Assembly (NCBI GenBank): GCA_040954595.2
Contig: CM082595.2
Coordinates: 10,095,918-10,159,917, forward strand
Direction: 5' to 3'
Source: Balanoglossus misakiensis
Taxonomy: Eukaryota; Animalia; Hemichordata
DNA: 64,000 nt
The position numbers were made by a program, and so were the translations under genes. Positions 1 to 13,656 of this stretch are shown here, one piece after another (the stretch's first letter is position 1; every line of letters begins with the position of its first letter). The notes beneath the pieces were generated by a model. The model had not been told where the DNA came from. It saw nothing but the letters and a program-made list of their open reading frames with translations, and searched no databases.

Positions 1-2010
1 GCTTGGATAAAGCCCCGGCACTCTAGAGCAGAAACACGCGTACAGAGACCACGTTGATCTACTCACATTTCCTTCGGCCTGGCACGGCTGATGCCCCGGC
101 ACTATATATAGGACACAGACTGGCGTAAGTTAACAACGGTAATCACGTCGGGTTTCCTACGGCCTGGCTCAGATGAAGCCCCGGCACTCTAGAGCAGAAA
201 CAGGCGTACAGTGACCACGTTGATCAAGTCAGATTTCCTACGGCGTGACTCGGCTGGTGCACCGGCTCTATATGACACAGACTGGCGTAAGTTATCAACG
301 GTGATTACGTCGGATTTCCTACGGCATGGTTTAGCTGAAGCCCCGGCACTTCAGAGCGGAAACACGCGTACATTGACCACGATGATCAAGTCAGATCTCC
401 TACGGCCTGGCTCGACTAAAACCCCGGCACACCATGACAGACACTAGCGTTCGTTAGCAACGGTGATCAAGTCGGATTTCCTTCGGCCTGGCTCTGCAAA
501 AGACCCGACACATTAGTACAGAGACGTTGGCTAAGTCGGGCAAACCGAAGAGGGAAAGTCACAGCGGGTCAACACTCGACATTTGTTCGGGTAGGACTGC
601 ATTATTGCCTGTTAATTTATAGAGAAAGCCCGAATTTAACCAGGGCGCTTCAAACACCGACGTTAGTTGGGGGCACGGCCTGCAGTACTGCTGGGTAAGG
701 TGACATCGGCGTACCGCATATAATGTAGGGGGGGGGGGAGAAACAGAACGGTTCAATACTACATTTATCAGATATCAGCTAATTTTGGACAATCATCTAA
801 AATCTAAATCATCTTTTCATATTTGGATATCTGATGATGTATGAAATTTCCATTATATGTAAAAATGGTGCTGATTATAAAAATGCACTCTGAATGAGCT
901 GATTTAATACAAAATTGCGTTTTATTCGTTTTTGCACCAAAAAGGTCATTTTTAGGCAAAACATTCTTTATTTTTTTAATTCGGTGACCTGATCATATAT
1001 AAACAATTGCTTGTATGTTAAAAGTTTTTATGACTTTTAAAAGCAGTGACACTGGCGGCATTCAACACGAAAATAACAATTTTAGCCACAATTTGGTCAA
1101 AATGGTAAATTTTTGAAAATTACAAAAAATACCTGTTTTCTACATTTTTGGAAATCTGATGGAGTATAGAATGCTCTTCGTATGTATATATCGATACAAA
1201 TTCCACAAAAGACCGTCTAATTTGGCTCACTGCAGACAAAATTGCGTTTTACCAAATTTTCCTTTAAAATGTCATTTTTAGAAAAAAAAATAAAAAAACC
1301 TTTGTTCTTCAAATGTGGTGCCCTGATCATATATGACATGTTGATTGTATGTTAAAACTTTCGACCACTCCAAAAATGCAGAGATATTGACGGAATTCAA
1401 GAAAAAATAGCCATTTTGGCCATATTTTGACAAAAATGGTAAATTTTTAAAAAATCATAAAACATTAACTATTTTCTTCATTTTCGGAAATATTATGGAG
1501 CATGAAGTGTCGTTCTCTTGTAAAAAGTGCTGCAAATTCCAGAAAAGGTGGTATAATTTGAATCACCCAAGACAAAATTACCATTTTCGACTTTTTTTCG
1601 AAAAATTGTCTTTTTAACAAAATATATAAGAATAAATTCTTTTCTTAGTTTCAAACGGGAAGAGATACTTTCCACACGGGTTTTCTAACATTGAATTCCC
1701 GTTCATCAACTCAGATTTCCTACAGCATAAGTCAGCTAAAACCCTGATACTCTAGAGCAGAAACAGTTGCTGGTAACGTTGAACAAGTCGATTTTTCTAC
1801 GGCCTGGCTCGGCTTAATCTCCGTCACAATATGACAGACACTAGCGTACGTCAGCAACGGTGATCAAGTCAGATTTTCTACGGCATGGCTTGGATAAAGC
1901 CCCGGCACTCTAGAGCAGAAACACGCGTACATAGACCACGTTGATGAAGTCTGATCTCCTACGGCTTGGCTCGACTAAAACCCCGGCACACTATGACAGA
2001 CACTAGCGTT

Positions 2011-2197
2011 ATTATTATTATTATTATTAAGAATTGTTTAAAATGCGCTACACATACGTCTCAGCGCATTGTGCACAGCTAAAACAGTAGATTAAAAAAT
2101 ACAAGGCTGGTAAAAATAGTTAAAAGGACACAATCGAACACGTTACACATAAAACCGAGTAAAAAGGTATGTTTTCAAATTACGCTTAAAAATATTG
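2011..2197 (-). mobile_element. 5'-truncated L2/CR1-group LINE 3' end (copy 1)
   Basis: The minus strand reads NIFKRNLKTYLFTRFYV*, a typical L2/CR1 ORF2 C-terminus. A 3'UTR hairpin (tgcgct...agcgca) and a (TAA)n tail follow. The 6-bp TSD AGCGTT lies at 2005-2010 and 2198-2203. Confidence 0.85.
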
Positions 2198-5100
2198 AGC
2201 GTTCGTTAGCAACGTTGATCAAGTCAGATTTCCTACGGCATGACTTTGCTAAAGCCCTGACACTCTAGAGCAGAAACACGCGTACAGAGACCACGTTGAT
2301 CGACTAACATTTCCTTCGGCCTGGCACGGCTGATGCCCCGGCACTATATATAGGACACAGACTGGCGTAAGTTAACAACGGTAATCACGTCGGGTTTCCT
2401 ACGGCCTGGCTCAGCTGAAGCCCCGGCACTCTAGAGCAGAAACAGGCGTACATTGACCACGTTGATCAAGTCAGATTTCCTACGGCGTGACTCGGCTGGT
2501 GAACCGGCTCTATATGACACAGACTGGCGTAAGTTATCAACGGTGATTACGTCGGATTTCCTACGGCCTGGTTTAGCTGAAGCCCCGGCACTTTAGAGCG
2601 GAAACACGCGTACATTGACCACGATGATCAAGGCAGATCTCCTACGGCCTGGCTCGACTAAAACCCCGGCACACCATGACAGACACTAGCGTTCGTTAGC
2701 AACGGTGATCAAGTCGGATTTCCTTCGGCCTGGCTCTGCAAAAGACCCGACACTCTAGTACAAAGACGTTGGCTAAGTCGGGCAAACCGAAGAGGGAAAG
2801 TCACAGCGGGTCAACACTCGACATTTGTTCGGGTAGGACTGCATTATTGCCTGTCAATTTATAGAGAAAGCCCGAATTTAACCAGGGCGTTACAAACACC
2901 GACGTTAGTTGGGGGCACGGCCTGCAGTACTGCCGGGTAAGCTGACATCGGCGTACCGCATATAATATAGGGGGGGGGGGGGACAGAACGGTTCAATACT
3001 ACATTTATTAGATATCAGCTAATTTTGGACAATCATCTAAAATCTAAATCATTTTTTCATATTTGGATATCTGATGATGTATGAAATTTCCATTATATGT
3101 AAAAATGGTGCTGATTATAAAAAATGCACTCTGAATGAACTGATTTAATACAAAATTACGTTTTATTCGTTTTTGCACCTAAAAGGTCATTTTTAGGCAA
3201 AACATTCTTTATTTTTTTAATTCGGTGACCTGATCATATATAAAGAATGGCTTGTATGTTAAAAGTTTTTATGACTTTTAAAAGCAGTGACACTGGCGGC
3301 ATTCAACACGAAAATAACAATTTTAGCCACAATTTGGTCAAAATGGAAAATTTTTCAAAATTACAAAAAATACCCTTTTCTACATTTTCGGAAATCTGAT
3401 GGAGTATAGAATGCTCTTCGTATGTATATATCGATACAAATTCCACAAAAGACCGTGTAATTTGGCTCACTGCAGACAAAATTGCGTTTTACCAAATTTT
3501 CCTTGAAAATGTCATTTTTAGAAAAAAAAATAAAAAAACCTTTGTTCTTCGAATTTGGTGCCCCGATCATATATGACATGTTGATTGTATATTAAAAGTT
3601 TCGACCACTCCAAAAATGCAGAGATATTGACGGAATTCAAGAAAAAATAGCCATTTTGGCCATATTTTGACAAAATGGTAAAATTTTAAAAAATCATAAA
3701 AAATTAACTCTTTTCTTCATTTTCGGAAATATTATGGAGCATGAAGTGTCGTTCTCTTGTAAAAAGTGCTGCAAATTCCAGAAAAGGTGGTATAATTTGT
3801 ATCACCCAAGACAAAATTACCATTTTCGCCTTTGTTTCGAAACATTGTCTTTTTTACAAAATAAATAAGAATAAATTCTTTTCTTAGTTTCAAACGAGTA
3901 GAGATACTTTCCACACGGGTTTTCTAACATTGAATTCCCGTTCATCAACTCTGATTTCCTACAGCATAAATCGGCTAAAACCCTGACACTCTAGAGCAGA
4001 AACAGTTGCACACTGATAACGTTGAACAAGTCGATTTTTCTACGGCCTGGCTCGGCTAAATCTCGTCACAATATGACAGACACTAGCGTACGTTAGCAAC
4101 GGTGATCAAGTCAGATTTTCTACGGCATGGGTTGGATAAAGCCCCGGCACTCTAGAGCAGAAACACGCGTACAGAGACCACGTTGATCAAGTCTGATCTC
4201 CTACGGCTTGGCTCGACTAAAACCCCGGCACACTATGACAGACACTAGCGTTCGTTAGCAACGTTGATCAAGTCAGATTTCCTACGGCATGGCTTTGCTA
4301 AAGCCCTGACACTCTAGAGCAGAAACACGCGTACAGAGACCACGTTGATCTACTCACATTTCCTTCGGCCTGGCACGGCTGATGCCCCGGCACTATATAT
4401 AGGACACAGACTGGCGTAAGTTAACAACGGTAATCACGTCGGGTTTCCTACGGCCTGGCTCAGCTGAAGCCCCGGCACTCTAGAGCAGAAACAGGCGTAC
4501 ATTGACCACGTTGATCAAGTCAGATTTCCTACGGCGTGACTCGGCTGGTGCACCGGCTCTATATGACACAGACTGGCGTAAGTTATCAACGGTGATTACG
4601 TCGGATTTCCTACGGCATGGTTTAGCTAAAGCCCCGGCACTTTAGAGCAGAAACAGGCGTACATTGACCAAGTTGATCAAGTCAGATTTCCTACGGCGTG
4701 ACTCGGCTGGTGCACTGGCTCTATATGACACAGACTGGCGTGAGTTATCAACGGTGATTACGCCGGATTTCCTACGGCATGGTTTAGCTGAAGCCCCGGC
4801 ACTTTAGAGCGGAAACACGCGTACATTGACCACGATGATCAAGTCAGATCTCCTACGGCCTGGCTCGACTAAAACCCCGGCACACCATGACAGACACTAG
4901 CGTTCGTTAGCAACGGTGATCAAGTCGGATTTCCTTTGGCCTGGCTCTGCAAAAGACCCGACACATTAGTACAAAGACGTTGGCTAAGTCGGGCAAACCG
5001 AAGAGGGAAAGTCACAGCGGGTCAACACTCGACATTTGTTCGGGTAGGACTGCATTATTGCCTGTCAATTTATAGAGAAAGCCCGAATTTAACCAGGGCG

Positions 5101-6463
5101 TTTCAAACACCGACGTTATTTGGGGGCACGGCCTGCAGTACTGCCGGGTAAGCTGACATCGGCGTACCGCATATAATGTAGGGGGGGGACAGAACGGTTC
5201 AATACTACATTTATTAGATATCAGCTAATTTTGGACAATCATCTAAAATCTAAATCATTTTTTCATATTTGGATATCTGATGATGTATGAAATTTCCATT
5301 ATATGTAAAAATGGTGCTGATTATAAAAAATGCACTCTGAATGAGCTGATTTAATACAAAATTGCGTTTTATTCGTTTTTGCACCAAAAAGGTCATTTTT
5401 AGGCAAAACATTCTTTATTTTTTTAATTCGGTGACCTGATCATATATAAGCAATTGCTTGCATGTTAAAAGTTTTTATGACTTTTAAAAGCAGTGACACT
5501 GGCGGCATTCAACACGAAAATAACAATTTTAACCACAATTTGGTCAAAATGGTAAATTTTTGAAAATTACAAAAAATACCTGTTTTCTACATTTTCGGAA
5601 ATCTGATGGAGTATAGAATGCTCTTCGTATATATATATCGATACCAATTCCACAAAAGACCGTCTAATTTGGCTCACTGCAGACAAAATTGCGTTTTACC
5701 AAATTTTCCTTGAAAATGTCATTTTTAGAAAAATAAAATAAAAAAACCTTCGTTCTTCGAATTTGGTGCCCTGATCATATATGACATGTTGATTGTATGT
5801 TAAAACTTTAGACCACTCCAAAAATGCAGAGATATTGACGGAATTCAAGAAAAAAATAGCCATTTTGGCCATATTTTGACAAAATGGTACATTTTTAAAA
5901 AATCATAAAAAATAAAACTCTTTTCTTCATTTTCGGAAATATTATGGAGCATGAAGTGTCGTTCTCTTGTAAAAAGTGCTGCAAATTCCAGAAAATGTGG
6001 TATAATTTGAATCACCCAAGACAAAATTACAATTTTCGACTTGTTTTCGAAAAATTGTCTTTTTTACAAAATAAATAAGAATAAATTCTTTTCTTAGTTT
6101 CAAACGGGTAGAGATACTTTCCACACGGGTTTTCTAACATTGAATTCCCGTTCATCAACTCAGATTTCCTACAGCATAAGTCGGCTAAAACCCAGACACT
6201 CTAGAGCAGAAACAGTTGCACACTGGTAACGTTGAACAAGTCGATTTTTCTACGGCCTGGCTCGGCTAAATCTCCGTAACAATATGACAGACACTAGCGT
6301 ACGTTAGCAACGGTGACCAAGTCAGATTTTCTACGGCATGGCTTGGATAAAGCCCCGGCACTCTAGAGCAGAAACACGCGTACAGAGACCACGTTGATGT
6401 AGTCTGATCTCCTACGGCTTGGCTCGACTAAAACCCCGGCACACTATGACAGACACTAGCGTT

Positions 6464-6653
6464 ATTATTATTATTATTATTATTAAGAATTGTTTAAAAT
6501 GCGCTACACATACGTCTCAGCGCATTGTGCACAGCTAAAACAGTAGATTAAAAAATACAAGGCTGGTAAAAATAGTTAAAAGGACACAATCGAACACGTT
6601 ACACATAAAACCGAGTAAAAAGGTATGTTTTCAAATTACGCTTAAAAATATTG
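6464..6653 (-). mobile_element. 5'-truncated L2/CR1-group LINE 3' end (copy 2)
   Basis: Same sequence, site and AGCGTT TSD as copy 1, with a tail one TAA longer. Confidence 0.85.
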
Positions 6654-9600
6654 AGCGTTCGTTAGCAACGTTGATCAAGTCAGATTTCCTACGGCATGGC
6701 TTTGCTAAAGCCCTGACACTCTAGAGCAGAAACACGCGTACAGAGACCACGTTGATCGACTAACATTTCCTTCGGCCTGGCACGGCTGATGCCCCGGCAC
6801 TATATATAGGACACAGACTGGCGTAAGTTAACAACGGTAATCACGTCGGGTTTCCTACGGCCTGGCTCAGCTGAAGCCCCGGCACTCTAGAGCAGAAACA
6901 GGCGTACATTGACCACGTTGATCAAGTCAGATTTCCTACGGCGTGACTCGGCTGGTGAACCGGCTCTATATGACACAGACTGGCGTAAGTTATCAACGGT
7001 GATTACGTCGGATTTCCTACGGCCTGGTTTAGCTGAAGCCCCGGCACTTTAGAGCGGAAACACGCGTACATTGACCACGATGATCAAGGCAGATCTCCTA
7101 CGGCCTGGCTCGACTAAAACCCCGGCACACCATGACAGACACTAGCGTTCGTTAGCAACGGTGATCAAGTCGGATTTCCTTCGGCCTGGCTCTGCAAAAG
7201 ACCCGACACTCTAGTACAAAGACGTTGGCTAAGTCGGGCAAACCGAAGAGGGAAAGCCACAGCGGGTCAACACTCGACATTTGTTCGGGTAGGACTGCAT
7301 TATTGCCTGTCAATTTATAGAGAAAGCCCGAATTTAACCAGGGCGTTACAAACACCGACGTTAGTTGGGGGCACGGCCTGCAGTACTGCCGGGTAAGCTG
7401 ACATCGGCGTACCGCATATAATATAGGGGGGGGGGGAAACAGAACGGTTCAATACTACATTTATTAGATATCAGCTAATTTTGGACAATCATCTAAAATC
7501 TAAATCATTTTTTCATATTTGGATATCTGATGATGTATGAAATTTCCATTATATGTAAAAATGGTGCTGATTATAAAAAATGCACTCTGAATGAACTGAT
7601 TTAATACAAAATTACGTTTTATTCGTTTTTGCACCTAAAAGGTCATTTTTAGGCAAAACATTCTTTATTTTTTTAATTCGGTGACCTGATCATATATAAA
7701 GAATGGCTTGTATGTTAAAAGTTTTTATGACTTTTAAAAGCAGTGACACTGGCGGCATTCAACACGAAAATAACAATTTTAGCCATAATTTGGTCAAAAT
7801 GGTAAATTTTTGAAAATTACAAAAAATACCTGTTTTCTACATTTTCGGAAATCTGATGGAGTATAGAATGCTCTTCGTATGTATATATCGATACAAATTC
7901 CACAAAAGACAATCTAATTTGGCTCACTGCAGACAAAATTGCGTTTTACCAAATGTTCCTTGAAAATGTCATTTTTAGAAAAAAAACTAAAAAAAACTTT
8001 GTTCTTCGAATTTGGTGCCCTGATCATATATGACATGTTGATTGTATGTTAAAACTTTCGACCACTCCAAAAATGCAGAGATATTGACGGAATTCAAGAA
8101 AAAATTGCCATTTTGGCCATATTTTGACAAAAATGGTACATTTTTAAAAAATCATAAAAAATAAAACTCTTTTCTTCATTTTCGGAAATATTATGGAGCA
8201 TGAAGTGTCGTTCTCTTGTAAAAAGTGCTGCAAATTCCAGAAAAGGCGGTATAATTTGAATGACCCAAGAGAAAATTACCATTTTCGACTTTTTTTCGAA
8301 AAATTGTCTTGTTTTACAAAATAAATAAGAATAAATTCTTTTCTTAGTTTCAAACGGGTAGAGATACTTTACACACGGGTTTTCTAACATTGAATTCCCG
8401 TTCATCAACTCAGATTTCCTACAGCACAAGTCGGCTAAAACCCTGACACTCTAGAGCAGAAACAGTTGCACACTGGTAACGTTGAAAAAGTCGATTTTTC
8501 TACGGCCTGGCTCGGCTAAATCTCCGTCACAATATGACAGACACTAGCGTAAGTTAGCAACGGTGATCAAGTCAGATTTTCTACGGCATAGCTCGGATAA
8601 AGCCCCGGCACTCTAGAGCAGAAACACGCGTACAGAGACCACGTTGATCAAGTCTGATCTCCTACGGCTTGGCTCGACTAAAACCCCGGCACACTATGAC
8701 AGACACTAACGTTCGTTAGCAACGTTGATCAAGTCAGATTTCCTACGGCATGGCTTGGCTAAAGCCCTGGCACTCTAGAGCAGAAACACGCGTACAGAGA
8801 CCACGTTGATCTACTCACATTTCCTTCGGCCTGGCACGGCTGATGCCCCGGCACTATATATAGGACACAGACTGGCGTAAGTTAACAACGGTAATCACGT
8901 CGGGTTTCCTACGGCCTGGCTCAGATGAAGCCCCGGCACTCTAGAGCAGAAACAGGCGTACAGTGACCACGTTGATCAAGTCAGATTTCCTACGGCGTGA
9001 CTCGGCTGGTGCACCGGCTCTATATGACACAGACTGGCGTAAGTTATCAACGGTGATTACGTCGGATTTCCTACGGCCTGGTTTAGCTGAAGCCCCGGCA
9101 CTTTAGAGCGGAAACACGCGTACATTGACCACGATGATCAAGTCAGATCTCCTACGGCCTGGCTCGACTAAACACCGGCACACCATGACAGACACTAGCG
9201 TTCGTTAGCAACGGTGATCAAGTCGGATTTCCTTCGGCCTGGCTCTGCAAAAGACCCGACACTCTAGTACAAAGACGTTGGCTAAGTCGGGCAAAACTAA
9301 CAGGGAAAGTCACAGCGGTTCAACACTTGACATTTGTTCCGGTAGGACTGCATTATTGCCTGTCGATTTATAGAGAGAGCCCGAATTTAACCAGGGCGTT
9401 TCAAACACCGACGTTTGTTGGGGGCACGGCCTACAGTACTGCCAGGTAAGCTGACATCGGCGTACCGCATATAATGTAAGGGAGGGGGGGGGGGCAGAAC
9501 GGTTCAATACTACATTTATTAGATATCAGCTAATTTTGGACAATCATCTAAAATCTAAATCATTTTTTCATATTTGGATATCTGATGATGTATGAAATTT

Positions 9601-11654
9601 CCATTATATGTAAAATTGGTGCTTATTATAAAACATGCACTCTGAATGAACTGATTTAATACAAGATTGCGTTTTATTCGTTTTTGCACCAAAAAGGTCA
9701 TTTTTAGGCGAAACATTCTTTATTTTTTTAATTCGGTGACCTGATCATATATAAACAATTGCTTGTATGTTAAAAGTTTTTATGACTTTTAAAAGCAGTG
9801 ACACTGGCGGCATTCATCACGAAAATAACAATTTTAGCCACAATTTAGTCAAAATGGTAAATTTTTGAAATTTACAAAAAGTACCTGTTTTCTACATTTT
9901 CGGAAATCTGATGGAGTGTAAAATGCTCTTCGTATGTATATATCGATACAATTTCCACAAAAGACCGTCTAATTTGGCTCACTGCAGACAAAATTGCGTT
10001 TTACCAAATTTTCCTTGAAAATGTCATTTTTAGAAAAAAAAAAAAAAACCTTTGTTCTTCGAATTTTGTGCCCTGATCATATATGACATGTTGATTGTAT
10101 GTTAAAGCTCCCGACTACTCCAAAAATGCTGAGATATTGGCGGAATTCAAGAAAAATAGCCATTTTGGCCATATTGTGACAAAAATGGTAAATTTTTGAA
10201 AAATCATAAAAAATTAACTCTTTTCTTCATTTTCGGAAATATTATGGAGCATGAAGTGTCGTTCTCTTGTAAAAAGTGCTGCAAATTCCAGAAAAGGCGG
10301 TATAATTTGAATCACCCAAGACAAAATTGCAATTTTCGACTTTTTTTTCGAAAAATTGTCTTTTTTACAAAATAAATAAGAATAAATTCTTTTCTTAGTT
10401 TCAAACGGGTAGAGATACTTTCCACACGGGTTTTCTAACATTGAATTCCCGTTCATCAACTCAGATTTCCTACAGCATAAGTCGGCTAAAACCCTGACAC
10501 TCTAGAGCAGAAACAGTTGCACACTGGTAACGTTGAACAAGTCGATTTTTCTACGGCCTGGCTCGGCTAAATCTCCGTCACAATATGACAGACACTAGCG
10601 TACGTTAGCAACGGTGATCAAGTCAGATTTCCTACGGCATGGGTTGGATAAAGCCCCGGCACTCTAGAGCAGAAACACGCGTACAGAGACCACGTTGATC
10701 AAGTCTGATCTCCTACGGCTTGGCTCGACTAAAACCCCGGCACACTATGACAGACACTAGCGTTCGTTAGCAACGTTGATCAAGTCAGATTTCCTACGGC
10801 ATGGCTTGGCTAAAGCCCTGGCACTCTAGAGCAGAAACACGCGTACAGAGACCACGTTGATCTACTCACATTTCCTTCGGCCTGGCACGGCTGATGCCCC
10901 GGCACTATATATAGGACACAAACTGGCGTAAGTTAACAACGGTAATCACGTCGGGTTTCCTACGGCCTGGCTCAGCTGAAGCCCCGGCACTCTAGAGCAG
11001 AAACAGGCGTACATTGACCACGTTGATCAAGTCAGATTTCCTACGGCGTGACTCGGCTGGTGCACCGGCTCTATATGACACAGACTGGCGTAAGTTATCA
11101 ACGGTGATTACGTCGGATTTCCTACGGCCTGGTTTAGCTGAAGCCCCGGCACTTTAGAGCGGAAACACGCGTACATTGACCACGATGATCAAGTCAGATC
11201 TCCTACGGCCTGGCTCGACTAAAACCCCGGCACACCATGACAGACACTAGCGTTCGTTAGCAACGGTGATCAAGTCGGATTTCCTTCGGCCTGGCTCTGC
11301 AAAAGACCCGACACTCTAGTACAAAGACGTTGGCTAAGTTGGGCAAACCGAAGAGGGAAAGTCGCAGCGGGTCAACACTCGACATTTGTTCCGGTAGGAC
11401 TGCATTATTGCCTGTCGATTTATAGAGAGAGCCCGAATTTAACCAGGGCGTTTCAAACACCGACGTTTGTTGGGGGCACGGCCTACAGTACTGCCGGGTA
11501 AGCTGACATCGGCGTACCGCATATAATGTAAGGGGGGGGGGGGGACAGAACGGTTCAATACTACATTTATTAGATATCAGCTATGTTAAAACTTTCGACC
11601 ACTCCAAAAATGCAGAGATATTGACGGAATTCAAGAAAAAATAGCCATTTCATA

Positions 11655-12950
11655 GTCAGGATTTTAGCCGACTTATGCTGTAGGAAATCTGAGTTGATGA
11701 ACGGGAATTCATTGTTAGAAAACCCGTGTGGAAAGTATCTCTACCCGTTTCAAACTAAGAAAAGAATTTATTCTTATTTATTTTGTAAAAAAGACAATTG
11801 TTCGAAAAAAAGTCGAAAAGGGTAATTTTGTCTTGGGTGATTCAAATTATACTGCCTTTTCTGGAATTTGCAGCACTTTTTACAAGAGAACGACACTTCA
11901 TGCTCCATACTATTTCCGAAAATGAAGAAAAGAGTTTATTTTTTGATGATTTTTTAAAAATTTACCATTTTTGTCAAAATATGGCCAAAATGGCTATTTT
12001 TTCTTGAATTCCGTCAATATCTCTGCATTTTTGGAGTGGTCGAAAGTTTTAACATACAATCAACATGTCATATATGATCAGGGCACCAAATTCGAGGAAC
12101 AAAGGTGTTTTTTTTTTCTTTTTCTAAAAATGACATTTTCAAGGTAAATTTGGTAAAACGTAATTTTGTCTGCAGTGAGCCATATTAGACTGTCTTTTGT
12201 GGAATTTATATCGATATATACATACGAAGAGCATTCTATACTCCATCAGATTTCCGAAAATGTAGAAAACAGGTATTTTTTGTAATTTTCAAAAATTTAC
12301 CATTTTGACCAAATTGTGGCTAAAATTGTTATTTTCGTGTTGAATGCCGCCAGTGTCACTGCTTTTAAAAGTCATAAAAACTTTTAACATACAAGCAATT
12401 GTTTATATATGATGAGGTCACCGAATTAAAAAAAAAAAAAGAATGTTTTGCCTAAAAATGACCTTTTTGGTGCAAAAACGAATAAAACGCAATTTTGTAT
12501 TAAATCAGCTCATTCAGAGTGCATTTTTTATAATCAGCACCATTTTTACATATGATGGAAATTTCATACATCATCAGATATCCAAATATGAAAAAATGAT
12601 TTAGATTTTAGATGATTGTCCAAAATTAGCTAGTATTGAACCGTTCTGTTTCCCCCCCCCCCTACATTATATGCGGTACGCCGATGTCAGCTTACCCGGC
12701 AGTACTGCAGGCCGTGCCCCCAACTAACGTCGGTGTTTGAAACGCCCTGGTAAAATTCGGGCTTTCTCTATAAATTGACAGGCAATAATGCAGTCCTACC
12801 CGAACAAATGTCGAGTGTTGACCCGCTGTGACTTTCCTTCTTCGGTTTGCCCGATTAGCCAACGTCTTTAGCTTCAGCTAAACCAGGCCGTAGGAAATCC
12901 GACGTAATCACCGTTGATAACTTACGCCAGTCTGTGTCATATAGAGCCGG
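11655..12950. repeat. Composite macrosatellite, orientation B (inverted relative to 1-11650)
   Basis: Reverse complement of the same unit, with poly-C at ~12652 and an internal deletion at ~12869. Confidence 0.95.
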
Positions 12951-13590
12951 TGTAAGTGCAGTCCTCCCTGATTGGATGGCTGTGTGTGCAGGTGCACATG
13001 CACATAGTGGTTATCCAATATGCAAATTTCCTTTTCACTATAAATTGGCACCTCGCCAGTGTGCAAGTTTTCATTTTGCCACGTCAGGCCTTCTAGGCTA
13101 CATGTTTGTGACCACTGCACTGCATGCTTTTTGAGCCCCTAAAAGCGTCACCATCTGAGGTAAGACTGTTTTATTTAGCGATACAGAGCGGTCTTTCAAC
13201 AGAAGCAGCGACTATCCAGGACGCAGACTACTTCATTTATAAACCATTAATTTTGAGCGATTGAATAGAATTGATTTGAATTTACTTACCTGTAAACGCT
13301 GTATTTTTGGAATTTGCTTTGTAATTGAGTTTGAACTTCTGTATCGGCATTTTACATTTACCTTTGAATACTTACTTGAATTTATTTCGTCTATGTATTT
13401 GTTTATACAGAACCGTGTTGTACCCGTGTTATACCAGTGTTATACCAGTATTAGAACCGTGTTATTACGTCGTGCACGTCTATTTTGTATGCACCGAACA
13501 GTTTGCTCCTCGTAGAGAGTAAAATAAAAGGAGAATTTTTATACAACACGAGTGTCGAGGGGCCCATGCAAGTAGGAATTGGATCCTACA
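12951..13590 (+). repeat. Putative 5' LTR of the BEL/Pao element
   Basis: TGTAAG...CCTACA termini, AATAAA at ~13523, followed by TAGT and then the Gag ATG at 13657. The end is inferred because there is no second LTR to compare. Confidence 0.65.
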
Positions 13591-13656
13591 TAGTTCTCAG
13601 ATGACGTTGGACTGAAACCTGGTGTAACCGTGTACTAGCAGATACATTAGAAAGTC

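Larger units (their letters stand above)
1..11650. repeat. Composite macrosatellite, orientation A (~5.5 units of 2.05-2.25 kb)
   Basis: The marker 'cgtaccgcatataat(g/a)ta+polyG' recurs at ~727, 2970, 5181, 7426, 9481 and 11532. Each unit is an 81-bp monomer array (monomer starts at 217, 298, 379, 460), a unique segment and AT-rich ~330-bp subrepeats. Confidence 0.97.

Noticed and set aside
150-170. CCTACGGCC resembling the start of 5S rRNA, suggesting a 5S rDNA array
   Set aside because: The match is only 9 nt, with no 5S body or internal A/C boxes. No tRNA, snRNA or rRNA was recognised in the unit.
211-447. 27-codon periodic ORF in the 81-bp monomers (TLIKSDFLR... repeats) as a repeat protein
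   Set aside because: TAG stops recur in this frame (ctc-TAG-agc, cac-TAG), one monomer has a +4 insertion, and the start codon is GTG.
820-862. CTGATGA...GAAA in the AT-rich part as a hammerhead ribozyme
   Set aside because: Only 5 nt lie between the core boxes with no stem II, and no convincing stem I or stem III pairing was found by eye.
1493-1675. Recurrent 60-aa ORF 'MESISTRLKLRKEF...' and the other small ORFs repeated in each unit
   Set aside because: These are by-products of the satellite repetition, with non-ATG starts, frameshifts or stops in several copies and no recognisable domain.
2405-2460. CTGAAGC...GAAAC-N4-GTA in the A-type monomer as a satellite hammerhead
   Set aside because: Core A9 is replaced by C, and stems I and II do not pair consistently. 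An Infernal search with hammerhead models would settle it.
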